Below, in pieces: positions 27,696 through 36,129 of a stretch of 54,266 bases of DNA. The translations under genes were made by a program, and so were the position numbers. How positions within the stretch are numbered: position 1 is the stretch's first letter; the number at the start of each line of letters is the position of its first letter. Under the pieces are notes generated by a model, which searched no databases, had not been told where the DNA came from, and saw nothing but the letters and a program-made list of their open reading frames with translations. Source of the DNA: Candidatus Uhrbacteria bacterium (GTDB lineage: Bacteria > Patescibacteriota > Patescibacteriia > JACQRZ01); the NCBI GenBank assembly GCA_016206155.1, contig JACQSC010000001.1, forward strand, positions 71,105 through 125,370. The letters are read 5' to 3'.

Positions 27696-29110
27696 AAATT
27701 ACTAAAAAATCAAAAAAAGAGAATCCGTCGCGAATGATCTCAGCTGAATTTGGCGTCTATCCCGTGGTTGTTCTCGTGGGGCGCGTGAACGTCGGCAAGT
27801 CAACACTCTTCAATACGCTACTTGAACAACGTAAAGCAGTGACATCTGCAGTACCGGGGACAACGCGTGATGTGAACCATGGATTGTGCACATGGCGGGG
27901 CGCCACCTTTATTCTGGTTGATACGGGAGGATTTGCGGGCGGGAGCACAACAGAGATAGAGAAGAAAACCGCAGAGCATGCGCGGCGCATGATCAGTAGG
28001 GCAGATATTGTGCTCTTTATGACCGATCGCCGCGCAGGCTTGAATCCCGACGACCGGCGGTTTGTTCGTCTTATACGCACACTGACTCAGGCGCCGTTGG
28101 TGCTTACGGTTAACAAGGCAGAACACAAGAGTCCCACGGAAGCAGACGAGTGGAGTGAATGGCATAAGCTCGGGTTGGGGGAGCCACAGTATATTTCAGC
28201 GATGAACGGACGGGGGACCGGTGATCTTCTTGACTACGTTGTAAGGCTGCTTCCTGAAAAAAAGAAGGAGCAGAAAAAGGAGCAGTCTTCGCGCGAAGAG
28301 GTGCGCGTCGCTATCGTCGGTCGGACAAATGTTGGCAAATCATCTATTCTGAATCGTCTTCTCGGCGAGGAGCGGGTGATTGTCAGTCCTCAGGCGCACA
28401 CGACGCGGGAGCCCCACGATACGCTATTCGAATATGACGGTATACCTCTTCGCATCATTGATACCGTTGGCATGCGTAAAAAGTCACGAATTTCCTCCCG
28501 CATGGATCGGGAAGGCCTTGAGCGCAGCATCGTTGCGATTGAACAAGCCGACATCGTGCTGCTCATTCTCGAGAGCATCGTGAGTCCCTCAAAGCAGGAG
28601 AGCCGTCTGGTTGGCATCGCGCAAGAACGAGGGGCGGGATTGATGATTATCGTGAACAAATGGGACTTGATTTCGGAAAAGACAACAAAAACCCCCCAGG
28701 CATATGAAGAGTTTTTTCGGCAGTATTTCAAAGGCGCGCTCTGGGCTCCGGTAATGTTTGTCTCAGCATCATCCGGACAACGTGTATCGCGGATTCTCGA
28801 GGCTGTGGGGCTCTGCATTGAGAACAGGGGGCGCATTATCGCGCAAGAAGACCTGGATACGTTCCTTGCCAAAGTCATCGCGCACCAGCAGCCCCAATGG
28901 CAACGCGGGAAGAAGAAGCCCGCTATTTATCGATTTCGCCAGACAACAACCAATCCACCAACCTTTGCGCTAGACGTCAATGAGCGAAATAGTATCAGTT
29001 ATGCGTATTTGCGCTATCTGGAGAATCGTCTTCGTGACGTGTATGGATTTCAGGGTACGCCGATTCGGATCCATACGGAAGAAAGAGGGCGCTTAACTCG
29101 TAATCCGTAA
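27692..29110 (+). CDS. der: ribosome-biogenesis GTPase Der (EngA)
   Basis: Two G domains (GRVNVGKSTL; GRTNVGKSSI) plus a KH-like C-terminus. The stop TAA lies inside a heptad array. Confidence 0.93.
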   Translation: MKITKKSKKENPSRMISAEFGVYPVVVLVGRVNVGKSTLFNTLLEQRKAVTSAVPGTTRDVNHGLCTWRGATFILVDTGGFAGGSTTEIEKKTAEHARRMISRADIVLFMTDRRAGLNPDDRRFVRLIRTLTQAPLVLTVNKAEHKSPTEADEWSEWHKLGLGEPQYISAMNGRGTGDLLDYVVRLLPEKKKEQKKEQSSREEVRVAIVGRTNVGKSSILNRLLGEERVIVSPQAHTTREPHDTLFEYDGIPLRIIDTVGMRKKSRISSRMDREGLERSIVAIEQADIVLLILESIVSPSKQESRLVGIAQERGAGLMIIVNKWDLISEKTTKTPQAYEEFFRQYFKGALWAPVMFVSASSGQRVSRILEAVGLCIENRGRIIAQEDLDTFLAKVIAHQQPQWQRGKKKPAIYRFRQTTTNPPTFALDVNERNSISYAYLRYLENRLRDVYGFQGTPIRIHTEERGRLTRNP

Positions 29111-29124
29111 CTCGTAACTCGTAC
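29097..29124. repeat. orphan heptad array CTCGTAA-TCCGTAA-CTCGTAA-CTCGTAC, 27/28 identical to the left arm at 4873
   Basis: It contains the der stop codon and ends 1 nt before the pth ATG. No TTACGGA partner arm is present. Confidence 0.85.
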
Positions 29125-29125
29125 A

Positions 29126-29761
29126 ATGGAAATGAAGTTGATCGTAGGACTGGGAAATCCTGGAGCGGAATATACATACACCTTCCATAATGCAGGTTTT
29201 CAGGTTATTGATGAATTGTCACAGCGTCTGCGTGGTGATATGCGTTTTGTGGCCCCGGCAAGCAAGCGACATCGGTTCTTCGAGAGCGAAGAGTTTCAAT
29301 TCCAGAAAGCGGACGGCAGCGAGGAGCGCATCGTGCTTCTCAAGCCACAAACATACATGAATGAGTCAGGGCGCGCGGTAGCTGAGTTTTCCCGCCGGTT
29401 CAAATCAATGATCGATCCGCAGAGCGATCTCTGGGTCGTTCATGATGATGGTGATATCCAGCTTGGGCGCATTCGCGTTGATATGGCAAAGCGAGCGGCG
29501 GGGCACCGTGGAGTTGTGAGTATCATGACCACCCTCGGCATAAGGAACGGTATCCGTTTTCGCATGGGTATACGGCGAGAGGGTGATGCGCGGCGCACCG
29601 AAACGTTTGTGTTAAAAAAACCATTGGCGGCAGATCGCGAATTATGGAAGGAGACGATAACACGCTGCGCGCACGGTATCATCGATGCGCTTGAGAACGG
29701 TATTCCGCATGCTCAAATGACGCTCCATGCAAATAATAAGCACGAAAAACGACCGTCGTAA
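29126..29761 (+). CDS. pth: peptidyl-tRNA hydrolase
   Basis: LIVGLGNPGAEYTYTFHNAGF N-terminal signature and HDDGDIQLGRIR. Confidence 0.92.
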   Translation: MEMKLIVGLGNPGAEYTYTFHNAGFQVIDELSQRLRGDMRFVAPASKRHRFFESEEFQFQKADGSEERIVLLKPQTYMNESGRAVAEFSRRFKSMIDPQSDLWVVHDDGDIQLGRIRVDMAKRAAGHRGVVSIMTTLGIRNGIRFRMGIRREGDARRTETFVLKKPLAADRELWKETITRCAHGIIDALENGIPHAQMTLHANNKHEKRPS

Positions 29762-29921
29762 AAAAATAACGACCAGGATGCTCCGTACCAGTGTAAGGGG
29801 CACGAGAGAACTCACGCGTCCTTAACTTGCTGACGCAATCGTTGATGAGGAGGACATCTTCGATCGTGTCACTGGCACAGAACATGCTAGTCATTAATGA
29901 GCATTAACATATCTTATTTCT

Positions 29922-30662
29922 ATGTCCATGTCAACAGTACGTCGTACCGCTCGCAAGCCTCGCTGGAAGCGCGTTCTCGTAAAAATATCAGGTGAAACTT
30001 TGGCCGGGAAAGGGCACCATGGGTTTGATGCAGAATCACTCTCTTTTATTGCGCGAGAGATCGCTGCTGCCGCGCGCTGCGGGGTGCAAATCGCCATTGT
30101 TATCGGAGGAGGCAACCTCATTCGCGGATCAGAGATCGAGGGCGTCGGCATTGATCGCTCCTCCGCCGACTACATGGGAATGCTTGCAACGATGGCAAAT
30201 GGTATCGCGCTTCAGACAGTCCTGGAACGGGAGGGACTTGACACGCGCGTACTTTCTGCACTGCCCTTGAGCCAGGTTGCAGAACCGTTTATTCGCCGTC
30301 GGGCGATTCATCATCTTGAAAAGGGACGCATTGTTATTTGTGTCGGTGGAACCGGGAACCCTCATTTTACCACCGATACCGCAGCGGCGCTGCGCGCGAG
30401 GGAATTGCGCGCCGACGTGCTAGTGAAGGGGACGACCGTTGATGGCGTATTTACCGCAGATCCGAAAAAATCAAAAAATGCCAAGCGCCTCTCCACCGTG
30501 CGGTACAAGGAGATTATAACCAAGGATTTGCGTGTTATGGACCTCACAGCCGTAACACTCGCACAGGAGACGGCGATGCCTATCGTTGTGTTTGATGTTT
30601 TTCGCCAAGGTAATTTGAAGCGACTTTTGTGTGGTAAGCGTATTGGTACGGAAATTTCATAA
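29922..30662 (+). CDS. pyrH: UMP kinase
   Basis: RVLVKISGE, IVIGGGN, and TTDTAAALRA motifs. Confidence 0.93.
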   Translation: MSMSTVRRTARKPRWKRVLVKISGETLAGKGHHGFDAESLSFIAREIAAAARCGVQIAIVIGGGNLIRGSEIEGVGIDRSSADYMGMLATMANGIALQTVLEREGLDTRVLSALPLSQVAEPFIRRRAIHHLEKGRIVICVGGTGNPHFTTDTAAALRARELRADVLVKGTTVDGVFTADPKKSKNAKRLSTVRYKEIITKDLRVMDLTAVTLAQETAMPIVVFDVFRQGNLKRLLCGKRIGTEIS

Positions 30663-30668
30663 TCGTAC

Positions 30669-31544
30669 GTGATGGACACCATCAAGACAATACATATTGA
30701 TGATCCGGAATACCCCGCGCTCTTACGTCAGAGCGCGTGTCCGCCAAAGACGCTTTACTGTCGCGGCTCGATTCCACTTCCTCTAGGCCGCATCCTTGGA
30801 GTCGTTGGCACACGAAAAATGAGTGTCATCGGCAGGAGATCGTGCGAGGCGATTATTCCATCGCTTGCCCGCGCCGGCTATACGATTGTCAGCGGGCTTG
30901 CCTATGGCGTTGACGCGCTCGCACACCAGCAGACGGTTGACAATAAAGGCATTGCTGTTGGCGTGCTTGCAAATGGACTGGATGACGAGAGTATTTACCC
31001 TCGGGAGAATCGTCCTCTGGTTCATCGTATCATTGAATCGGGTGGATGCGTACTGTCCGAGTTTCCGGCAGGAACCAGGCCGCGCCGGGAATTTTTCCCT
31101 CAGCGCAACAGGATTGTCGCGGGCATGAGTCACGGCATTTTGGTGATTGAGGCTCCGGAAAAGTCCGGCACGCTCATCACGGCTTTTCGCGCCCTGCACG
31201 AAAATCGCGAGGTGCTCGCCGTTCCCGGTCCGATCACTCATCCTACATTTGCCGGCGCCAATCGGCTCCTCCAGCTTGGGGCGCACGTCATAACTTCAGC
31301 AGAGGACGTCTTCAATGTCTTTGGAGATTCGTTATTATCTAAAGACGGAGAGCGCGTCGATCCCGATTCTCTGTCTGAACAAGAACGTGTTATCTTCGAG
31401 TGCATTGCACGGGAAGTGTTTCATCTCGACGAGATTGCCGATCAGACAAAACTTGACATACGAACCGTTCACAGTACACTGGGAACCATGGAATTAAAGG
31501 GACTCATACAGTCAATGGGCAATGGTCGCTTTATCAAGAAGTAG
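30669..31544 (+). CDS. dprA: DNA-processing protein DprA (Smf)
   Basis: GVVGTRKMSVIGR and SGLAYGVDALAH in the Rossmann-like domain, plus a C-terminal winged helix. The ATG at 30672 is the likely start. Confidence 0.9.
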   Translation: MMDTIKTIHIDDPEYPALLRQSACPPKTLYCRGSIPLPLGRILGVVGTRKMSVIGRRSCEAIIPSLARAGYTIVSGLAYGVDALAHQQTVDNKGIAVGVLANGLDDESIYPRENRPLVHRIIESGGCVLSEFPAGTRPRREFFPQRNRIVAGMSHGILVIEAPEKSGTLITAFRALHENREVLAVPGPITHPTFAGANRLLQLGAHVITSAEDVFNVFGDSLLSKDGERVDPDSLSEQERVIFECIAREVFHLDEIADQTKLDIRTVHSTLGTMELKGLIQSMGNGRFIKK

Positions 31545-31568
31545 TTTAAACCCTTTGCAAAAGGTCTT

Positions 31569-33728
31569 ATGCCAAAGAAATTACAGGATACGACACTCAT
31601 CATCGTCGAGTCGCCAACCAAGGCAAAAACATTGGGACGTTTTTTGGATTCGAGCTACACCATCACGTCATCGCTTGGCCATATTCGGGATTTGCCAAAA
31701 AGTAAAATGGGCGTTGATATCGAGCACGATTTTGCGCCACAGTATGTCATTCCGCGAGACAAGCAAAAGCATGTTACCGCACTCAAGAAGTTAGCGGAAA
31801 AAGCCGACCATATCCTTTTTGCAACTGATGAAGACCGAGAGGGGGAAGCGATATCGTGGCATCTTAAGGAAATTCTTGGCGTTCCAGAGGAGAGAGCAGA
31901 GCGTATCGTGTTTCATGAGATTACCCAAAGCGCGCTTGAACATGCACTCAAACACCCGCGGCGACTTGATATGCATCGCGTTGACGCCCAACAGGCGCGG
32001 CGGATTCTTGACCGTCTGGTCGGGTATGAACTCTCGCCTTTTTTGTGGAGAAAGGTGACAAAGGGCCTTTCGGCAGGACGCGTGCAATCTGTTGCGGTCC
32101 GTCTTATTGTCGAGCGCGAGCGCGACATTCAAGCATTTGTTCCGGTGGAGTATTGGAGCATTGAGGCTCTACTGCATCCACCTCAAAACGAGTCTGAGCA
32201 ATTTACTGCCCATCTTGTCAAGATGGGAGAGGAGACAGTCGACAAACATGATATTAAAAACCAAGAGCACGCAGAGAGCATAACCACTGCACTCCAGAGC
32301 CAAGCATACAGCGTTTCATCCATCGTAAAAAAGGATGTCAAAAAGTCGCCATTGCCGCCGTACACGACATCAACGTTGCAGCAGGACGCGTATCGCCGTT
32401 TGCGGTATTCTCCCAAGCAAACCATGATGTTTGCCCAACAGCTCTATGAGGGTGTTGAGCTTAAAGGGGGGTCTGAAGGACTGATCTCATATATGCGCAC
32501 CGATTCCGTCAATCTCGCGCAGGATTTTTTGCAGGAAGCGCAAAGCGTTATTGCGGCACAGTGCGGTAAGCAGTACGCACAAGGTACGCGGGCATACAAG
32601 ACAAAATCAAAACTTGCCCAAGAAGCGCACGAGGCGATTCGTCCAACATCGGCCGCCCGTACCCCCGAGAGTATTAAACAGCATCTCAATGACCAGCAGT
32701 GGAAGCTCTACGACCTCATTTGGCGCCGCGCGATTGCAAGCCAGATGAGTGATGCACAATTCGAGGCAACAACGATCGATGTTGCCGCCAATGGCTCTGA
32801 CGGAAAGTCATACACCTTCCGCGCAAACGGCCAAGTATGCCGCTTTGATGGATTTTTGAATGTATATAAAACAGAGTCAGAAGAGGTAAATCTTCCATCA
32901 CTCACTCAAGGCCAAGAGCTTATCTGTAAAGAATTAAAGCCCGAACAGCATTTTACCAAGCCTCCCGCGCGATATTCCGAGGCTTCGCTTGTGAAGGCAC
33001 TCGAAGAATACGGCATCGGCCGTCCGTCAACTTATGCCCCGACAATCAGCACTATCATCGAGCGGAATTACGTTCAACGCGAAGAGGGCAGACTGAAGCC
33101 AACCGACATCGCTTTTCTCGTGATCGATTTGCTCGTGGAACATTTTCCATCAATTGTTGATTATGAGTTTACCGCACGGATGGAGGATGATCTTGATACG
33201 GTTGCGGAAGGAAGGAAGGAGTGGGTGCCGGTTTTGCGAGAATTTTATGAACCATTCCATACAACGCTGAAGATAAAAGAAAAGGAACTGGAGAAGACGA
33301 AGATTTCAGTAGAAGAGACTGACGAGCTGTGTGACAAGTGCGGCAAGCCTATGGTGATTCGCACCGGCCGCTTTGGCAAGTTCATGGCATGTTCGGGTTT
33401 TCCTGAATGTAAAAACGCAAAACCTCTGCCCGGCGAGGAGAGCGCGCAGGAAACCGCGGATGTTGAACCGTGCGAAAAGTGCGGCAAGCCCATGGTGCAA
33501 AAGCGCGGACGCTTCGGTCCCTTCTACGGATGCTCGGGCTATCCGGACTGTAAAAATATCAGGAACGCGCGTGATAAAAAATTGGACATGAAGTGTCCAA
33601 AGTGCGGACAAGGCGATGTCGTCATGAAGCGCAGTAAACGCGGCAAAACGTTTTTTGGCTGCAACAAGTATCCCGACTGCGACTTTGTGTCATGGACCAA
33701 ACCGGAGGAGGCAATCGCTAACTCGTAA
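31569..33728 (+). CDS. topA: DNA topoisomerase I
   Basis: TOPRIM LIIVESPTKAKTL, active-site SYMRTDS, and three C4 zinc ribbons at the C-terminus. The stop TAA lies inside a heptad array. Confidence 0.96.
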   Translation: MPKKLQDTTLIIVESPTKAKTLGRFLDSSYTITSSLGHIRDLPKSKMGVDIEHDFAPQYVIPRDKQKHVTALKKLAEKADHILFATDEDREGEAISWHLKEILGVPEERAERIVFHEITQSALEHALKHPRRLDMHRVDAQQARRILDRLVGYELSPFLWRKVTKGLSAGRVQSVAVRLIVERERDIQAFVPVEYWSIEALLHPPQNESEQFTAHLVKMGEETVDKHDIKNQEHAESITTALQSQAYSVSSIVKKDVKKSPLPPYTTSTLQQDAYRRLRYSPKQTMMFAQQLYEGVELKGGSEGLISYMRTDSVNLAQDFLQEAQSVIAAQCGKQYAQGTRAYKTKSKLAQEAHEAIRPTSAARTPESIKQHLNDQQWKLYDLIWRRAIASQMSDAQFEATTIDVAANGSDGKSYTFRANGQVCRFDGFLNVYKTESEEVNLPSLTQGQELICKELKPEQHFTKPPARYSEASLVKALEEYGIGRPSTYAPTISTIIERNYVQREEGRLKPTDIAFLVIDLLVEHFPSIVDYEFTARMEDDLDTVAEGRKEWVPVLREFYEPFHTTLKIKEKELEKTKISVEETDELCDKCGKPMVIRTGRFGKFMACSGFPECKNAKPLPGEESAQETADVEPCEKCGKPMVQKRGRFGPFYGCSGYPDCKNIRNARDKKLDMKCPKCGQGDVVMKRSKRGKTFFGCNKYPDCDFVSWTKPEEAIANS

Positions 33729-33749
33729 CTCGTAACTCGTAACTCGAAG
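33718..33749. repeat. orphan heptad array (CTCGTAA)x3 plus CTCGAAG
   Basis: ctaactcgtaactcgtaactcgtaactcgaag. It contains the topA stop codon. Confidence 0.85.
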
Positions 33750-33796
33750 TCAATACCGCCTTTTTTCATCCACTCATTCTTTGTCATCCCGCAGCA

Positions 33797-33848
33797 GGAA
33801 ATGGTGTCAGGAATAGTTTTTGCAGAAACTATTCCTGACGCCATTTCC
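33797..33848. terminator. 52-nt palindrome between convergent topA and vapC (copy D, distantly related to copies A-C), a likely bidirectional terminator-like hairpin
   Basis: GGAAATGGTGTCAGGAATAGTTT ttgcag AAACTATTCCTGACGCCATTTCC, an approximately 23-bp stem. GTCAGGAATAGTTTTTGC compares with GTCAGGCACAGATTTTGC in copy C. Confidence 0.6.
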
Positions 33849-33869
33849 ACACAAAGTAAATACCTTGCG

Positions 33870-34250
33870 TTACCACGATTTTGCGAGTTTTTTATCAAAT
33901 GTCGCGAAATGCTTTGCGCCATGCGTTCGCGCGTATACAATGTTATACGCATCTTCAAGCTCAATCGTCCTTGCTCGAAACATTCGGAGTGCTTCTTCTA
34001 AGATTGGACGTTCCTCAATATCGATAAATTCCAAATTGAGAATATCTTCCAGTAAGGAAAGGAGTTCTGTTTTTCTTTTGTTGTAGAAGCTTGATAGAAC
34101 CCAGGATACTTCAAAGAAAACAATAACGGAAGTAAAAAGCTTGACTTTTGCTTGCGCGGCGGAATCAAAAAGAGACCGAGCGATTTTGTGGTGTGTCTCG
34201 ACATCGGCAATAAGAAGGCGCAGGAAGTAATTCGTATCGACAAACGTCAT
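33870..34250 (-). CDS. vapC: PIN-domain toxin VapC
   Basis: MTFVDTNYFLR (first acidic residue) and further PIN acidic positions. 126 aa, with a 4-nt overlap onto the antitoxin gene. Confidence 0.85.
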   Translation of the reverse strand: MTFVDTNYFLRLLIADVETHHKIARSLFDSAAQAKVKLFTSVIVFFEVSWVLSSFYNKRKTELLSLLEDILNLEFIDIEERPILEEALRMFRARTIELEDAYNIVYARTHGAKHFATFDKKLAKSW

Positions 34251-34501
34251 GCGCGTTTTTTGCTGAAATGTTCGTCCTTTGCCTTGCGGATCATTCCATC
34301 AATTGACATACCGTGGAATCGTCTCGGGAGCTTCACCGATCCGGCAATCCGGCTGATAATTTTTTCAGCGGGTTCAACAATCATTTTATTGCCGCGATTG
34401 GTGACAATAACTTTTTCACCTTCGCGAAAGCCAACCTTCCGGTAGACCTCTACCGGAATCGTGAATTGTCGTTTGTCGGTGATGGTTGCTGTTTGAGCCA
34501 T
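34247..34501 (-). CDS. vapB: AbrB/SpoVT-type antitoxin VapB
   Basis: KRQFTIPVEVYRKVGFREGEKVIV swapped-hairpin motif. It lies upstream of vapC. Confidence 0.8.
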   Translation of the reverse strand: MAQTATITDKRQFTIPVEVYRKVGFREGEKVIVTNRGNKMIVEPAEKIISRIAGSVKLPRRFHGMSIDGMIRKAKDEHFSKKRA

Positions 34502-34508
34502 AAAAAAT

Positions 34509-34580
34509 TCCTTATTGATTCAAGTATAACAAAAACAAGGAATTTTTGTCAATACAAGGAAAAATCTAGAAAACAAGGAA
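34509..34580 (-). promoter_or_regulatory. vapBC promoter/operator region with phased ACAAGGAA repeats
   Basis: ACAAGGAA occurs at 34535, 34554 and 34573, spaced exactly 19 bp apart. An inverted TTCCTTAT sits at 34509-34516. The minus-strand TTGACA is at 34547-34552. Confidence 0.5.
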
Positions 34581-34600
34581 CCGGCAGACCCTTCTGTTGA

Positions 34601-35167
34601 TTACGCGACAAATCGTTGCTCCACAACAGACCAGTCGATGGCTTTCATAAACGCCTCAATATAGTCGGCGCGTTTGATGCCGTAGTCGGTGATGTAGGCG
34701 TGCTCAAAGACGTCCATCACGAGGAGAGGTTTTGTTTCTACAAAGTGACCGAGATCATGTTCGTTAATCCACACATTGAAGAGTTCGTCTGATTTTTTGT
34801 CATAGACCAACAACGCCCAGCCAATACCACGCATTGCTCCCACGCCGATGAAATTTTTTTTCCAGTCCTCTATGGTGCCGTAGATTGATTCAAGTTTCTG
34901 CTTGAATGGTCCATCAGAAAGTTCCTTGGCATCTTTTGACATATTTTCAAAATACAATTCATGGAGTCGCATGCCATTCCACTCCCAGCCAAATCGTCGT
35001 TGGAGTTCGGAGTATTCGGGTGTCCTCACTTCCTTTGTTGATAAAAGATCAAGAAACGTGTTCGTATTTTTCACATACCCCTCGTACAAGGTAAAGTGAT
35101 TTTTGAGGAGCGTGTCAGAGAATCCCGGCGTGCCGAGAAGATGATCAAAGTTTTTTGCTTGATACAT
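34601..35167 (-). CDS. Fe/Mn superoxide dismutase family protein (divergent N-terminal domain)
   Basis: C-terminal signature DVFEHAYITDY and metal-ligand His candidates in LKNHFTLYEGY and RLHELYF. Confidence 0.8.
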   Translation of the reverse strand: MYQAKNFDHLLGTPGFSDTLLKNHFTLYEGYVKNTNTFLDLLSTKEVRTPEYSELQRRFGWEWNGMRLHELYFENMSKDAKELSDGPFKQKLESIYGTIEDWKKNFIGVGAMRGIGWALLVYDKKSDELFNVWINEHDLGHFVETKPLLVMDVFEHAYITDYGIKRADYIEAFMKAIDWSVVEQRFVA

Positions 35168-35175
35168 ATTTTAGA

Positions 35176-35203
35176 CTGGATTCCGGCCTACGCCGGAATG
35201 ACA
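35176..35203. repeat. 28-nt conserved hairpin CTGGATTCCGGC-CTAC-GCCGGAATGACA
   Basis: An 8-bp perfect stem, ATTCCGGC/GCCGGAAT. Relative to 26652, C->T in the 5' arm is matched by G->A in the 3' arm. Confidence 0.8.
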
Positions 35204-35207
35204 ATAC

Positions 35208-35792
35208 TTAAATCTTACCGACCAGATCGAGTCCCGGTGTTAATGTCGCTTTGCCGGGTTCCCACGATGCAGGGCAAACCTGGCCGGGGTTTTGCGCAAC
35301 GAATTGTGCCGCTTTTAGTTTTCGCAAAAGCTCTTTTGCGCTTCGGCCTATGCTGTTGTCGTGTATTTCGTATGCCTTCAAGATGCCATCCGGGTTGATG
35401 ATGAATGTTCCGCGCAGAGAAAGCCCCTCATGGGGGATATAGGTGCCGAATGTTTTGCACAGGGTGCCGGTTGGATCGGCTGCCATGGGGTAGGTGATTT
35501 TCTTAATCGCAGGCGAATTGTCATGCCATGCCTTGTGCACGAATACTGTATCGGTGCTCACGCTGAGCACTTCAGCGCCGATGCTCTGGAATTCCGCATA
35601 ATGATCCGCAAGCTCCTCAAGCTCGGTGGGACAGATAAAAGTAAAGTCGGCAGGGTAGAAGACAAGCGCAAGCCACTTCCCTTCGAAGTCCGAGAGTTTT
35701 ATTTTCTTTATCTCTTCATTCTGAAAAACATCGAACGTGAGATCGGGAACCGGCTGGCCGATCTGGAGATGCTGGCACATTGCGTCTTGCAT
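35208..35792 (-). CDS. typical 2-Cys peroxiredoxin (AhpC/TSA family)
   Basis: Peroxidatic Cys in FYPADFTFICPTE and resolving Cys in GQVCPASW. Confidence 0.92.
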   Translation of the reverse strand: MQDAMCQHLQIGQPVPDLTFDVFQNEEIKKIKLSDFEGKWLALVFYPADFTFICPTELEELADHYAEFQSIGAEVLSVSTDTVFVHKAWHDNSPAIKKITYPMAADPTGTLCKTFGTYIPHEGLSLRGTFIINPDGILKAYEIHDNSIGRSAKELLRKLKAAQFVAQNPGQVCPASWEPGKATLTPGLDLVGKI

Positions 35793-35800
35793 ACGTTATA

Positions 35801-35885
35801 GAATTAAGAATCAAGAATTAAGAATCAAGCAGAATTGGATCCAGACGGCTCCATTCGTCATTCTTGATTCGTAATTCTTAATTCT
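35801..35885. repeat. heptad-array hairpin: (GAATTAA/GAATCAA)x4, then (TTGATTC/TTAATTC-type)x4
   Basis: gaattaagaatcaagaattaagaatcaagc ... tcgtcattcttgattcgtaattcttaattct. It lies between rubredoxin and peroxiredoxin and overlaps the rubredoxin stop. Confidence 0.9.
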
Positions 35886-36054
35886 ATTCCCCGTAGGGTT
35901 CAAACATGGATTTCGCCACCCCGCACACGGGGCAAATCCAGTCATCGGGAATTTCTTCAAATGGCGTGCCAGGCATAATACCGCCATCGGGATCGCCAAG
36001 CTCCGGATCATAGACATAGCCACAGGGCGGACAGATGTACTTTTTTTTGCTCAT
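35884..36054 (-). CDS. rubredoxin
   Basis: 56 aa, [23 protein letters not shown]...[14 protein letters not shown], with two CxxCG knuckles. It is the only credible part of the 318-aa track ORF. Confidence 0.9.
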   Translation of the reverse strand: MSKKKYICPPCGYVYDPELGDPDGGIMPGTPFEEIPDDWICPVCGVAKSMFEPYGE

Positions 36055-36072
36055 ATTTTTACTTGTTATATC

Positions 36073-36105
36073 ATAGCGATCGCTATCAACCCCGTCAACC
36101 CCGTT
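36073..36105. promoter_or_regulatory. 14-bp perfect palindrome plus direct repeats in the rubredoxin/rel divergent region
   Basis: ATAGCGATCGCTAT (36073-36086) is followed by CAACCCCGT x2 (36087-36104). Confidence 0.4.
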
Positions 36106-36129
36106 AGACGCATTCAACCCAATCTGGAC

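Noticed and set aside
29679-29894. A 71-aa minus-strand ORF in the pth-pyrH spacer.
   Set aside because: It overlaps the pth 3' end in antisense. It has no start context and no recognisable family.
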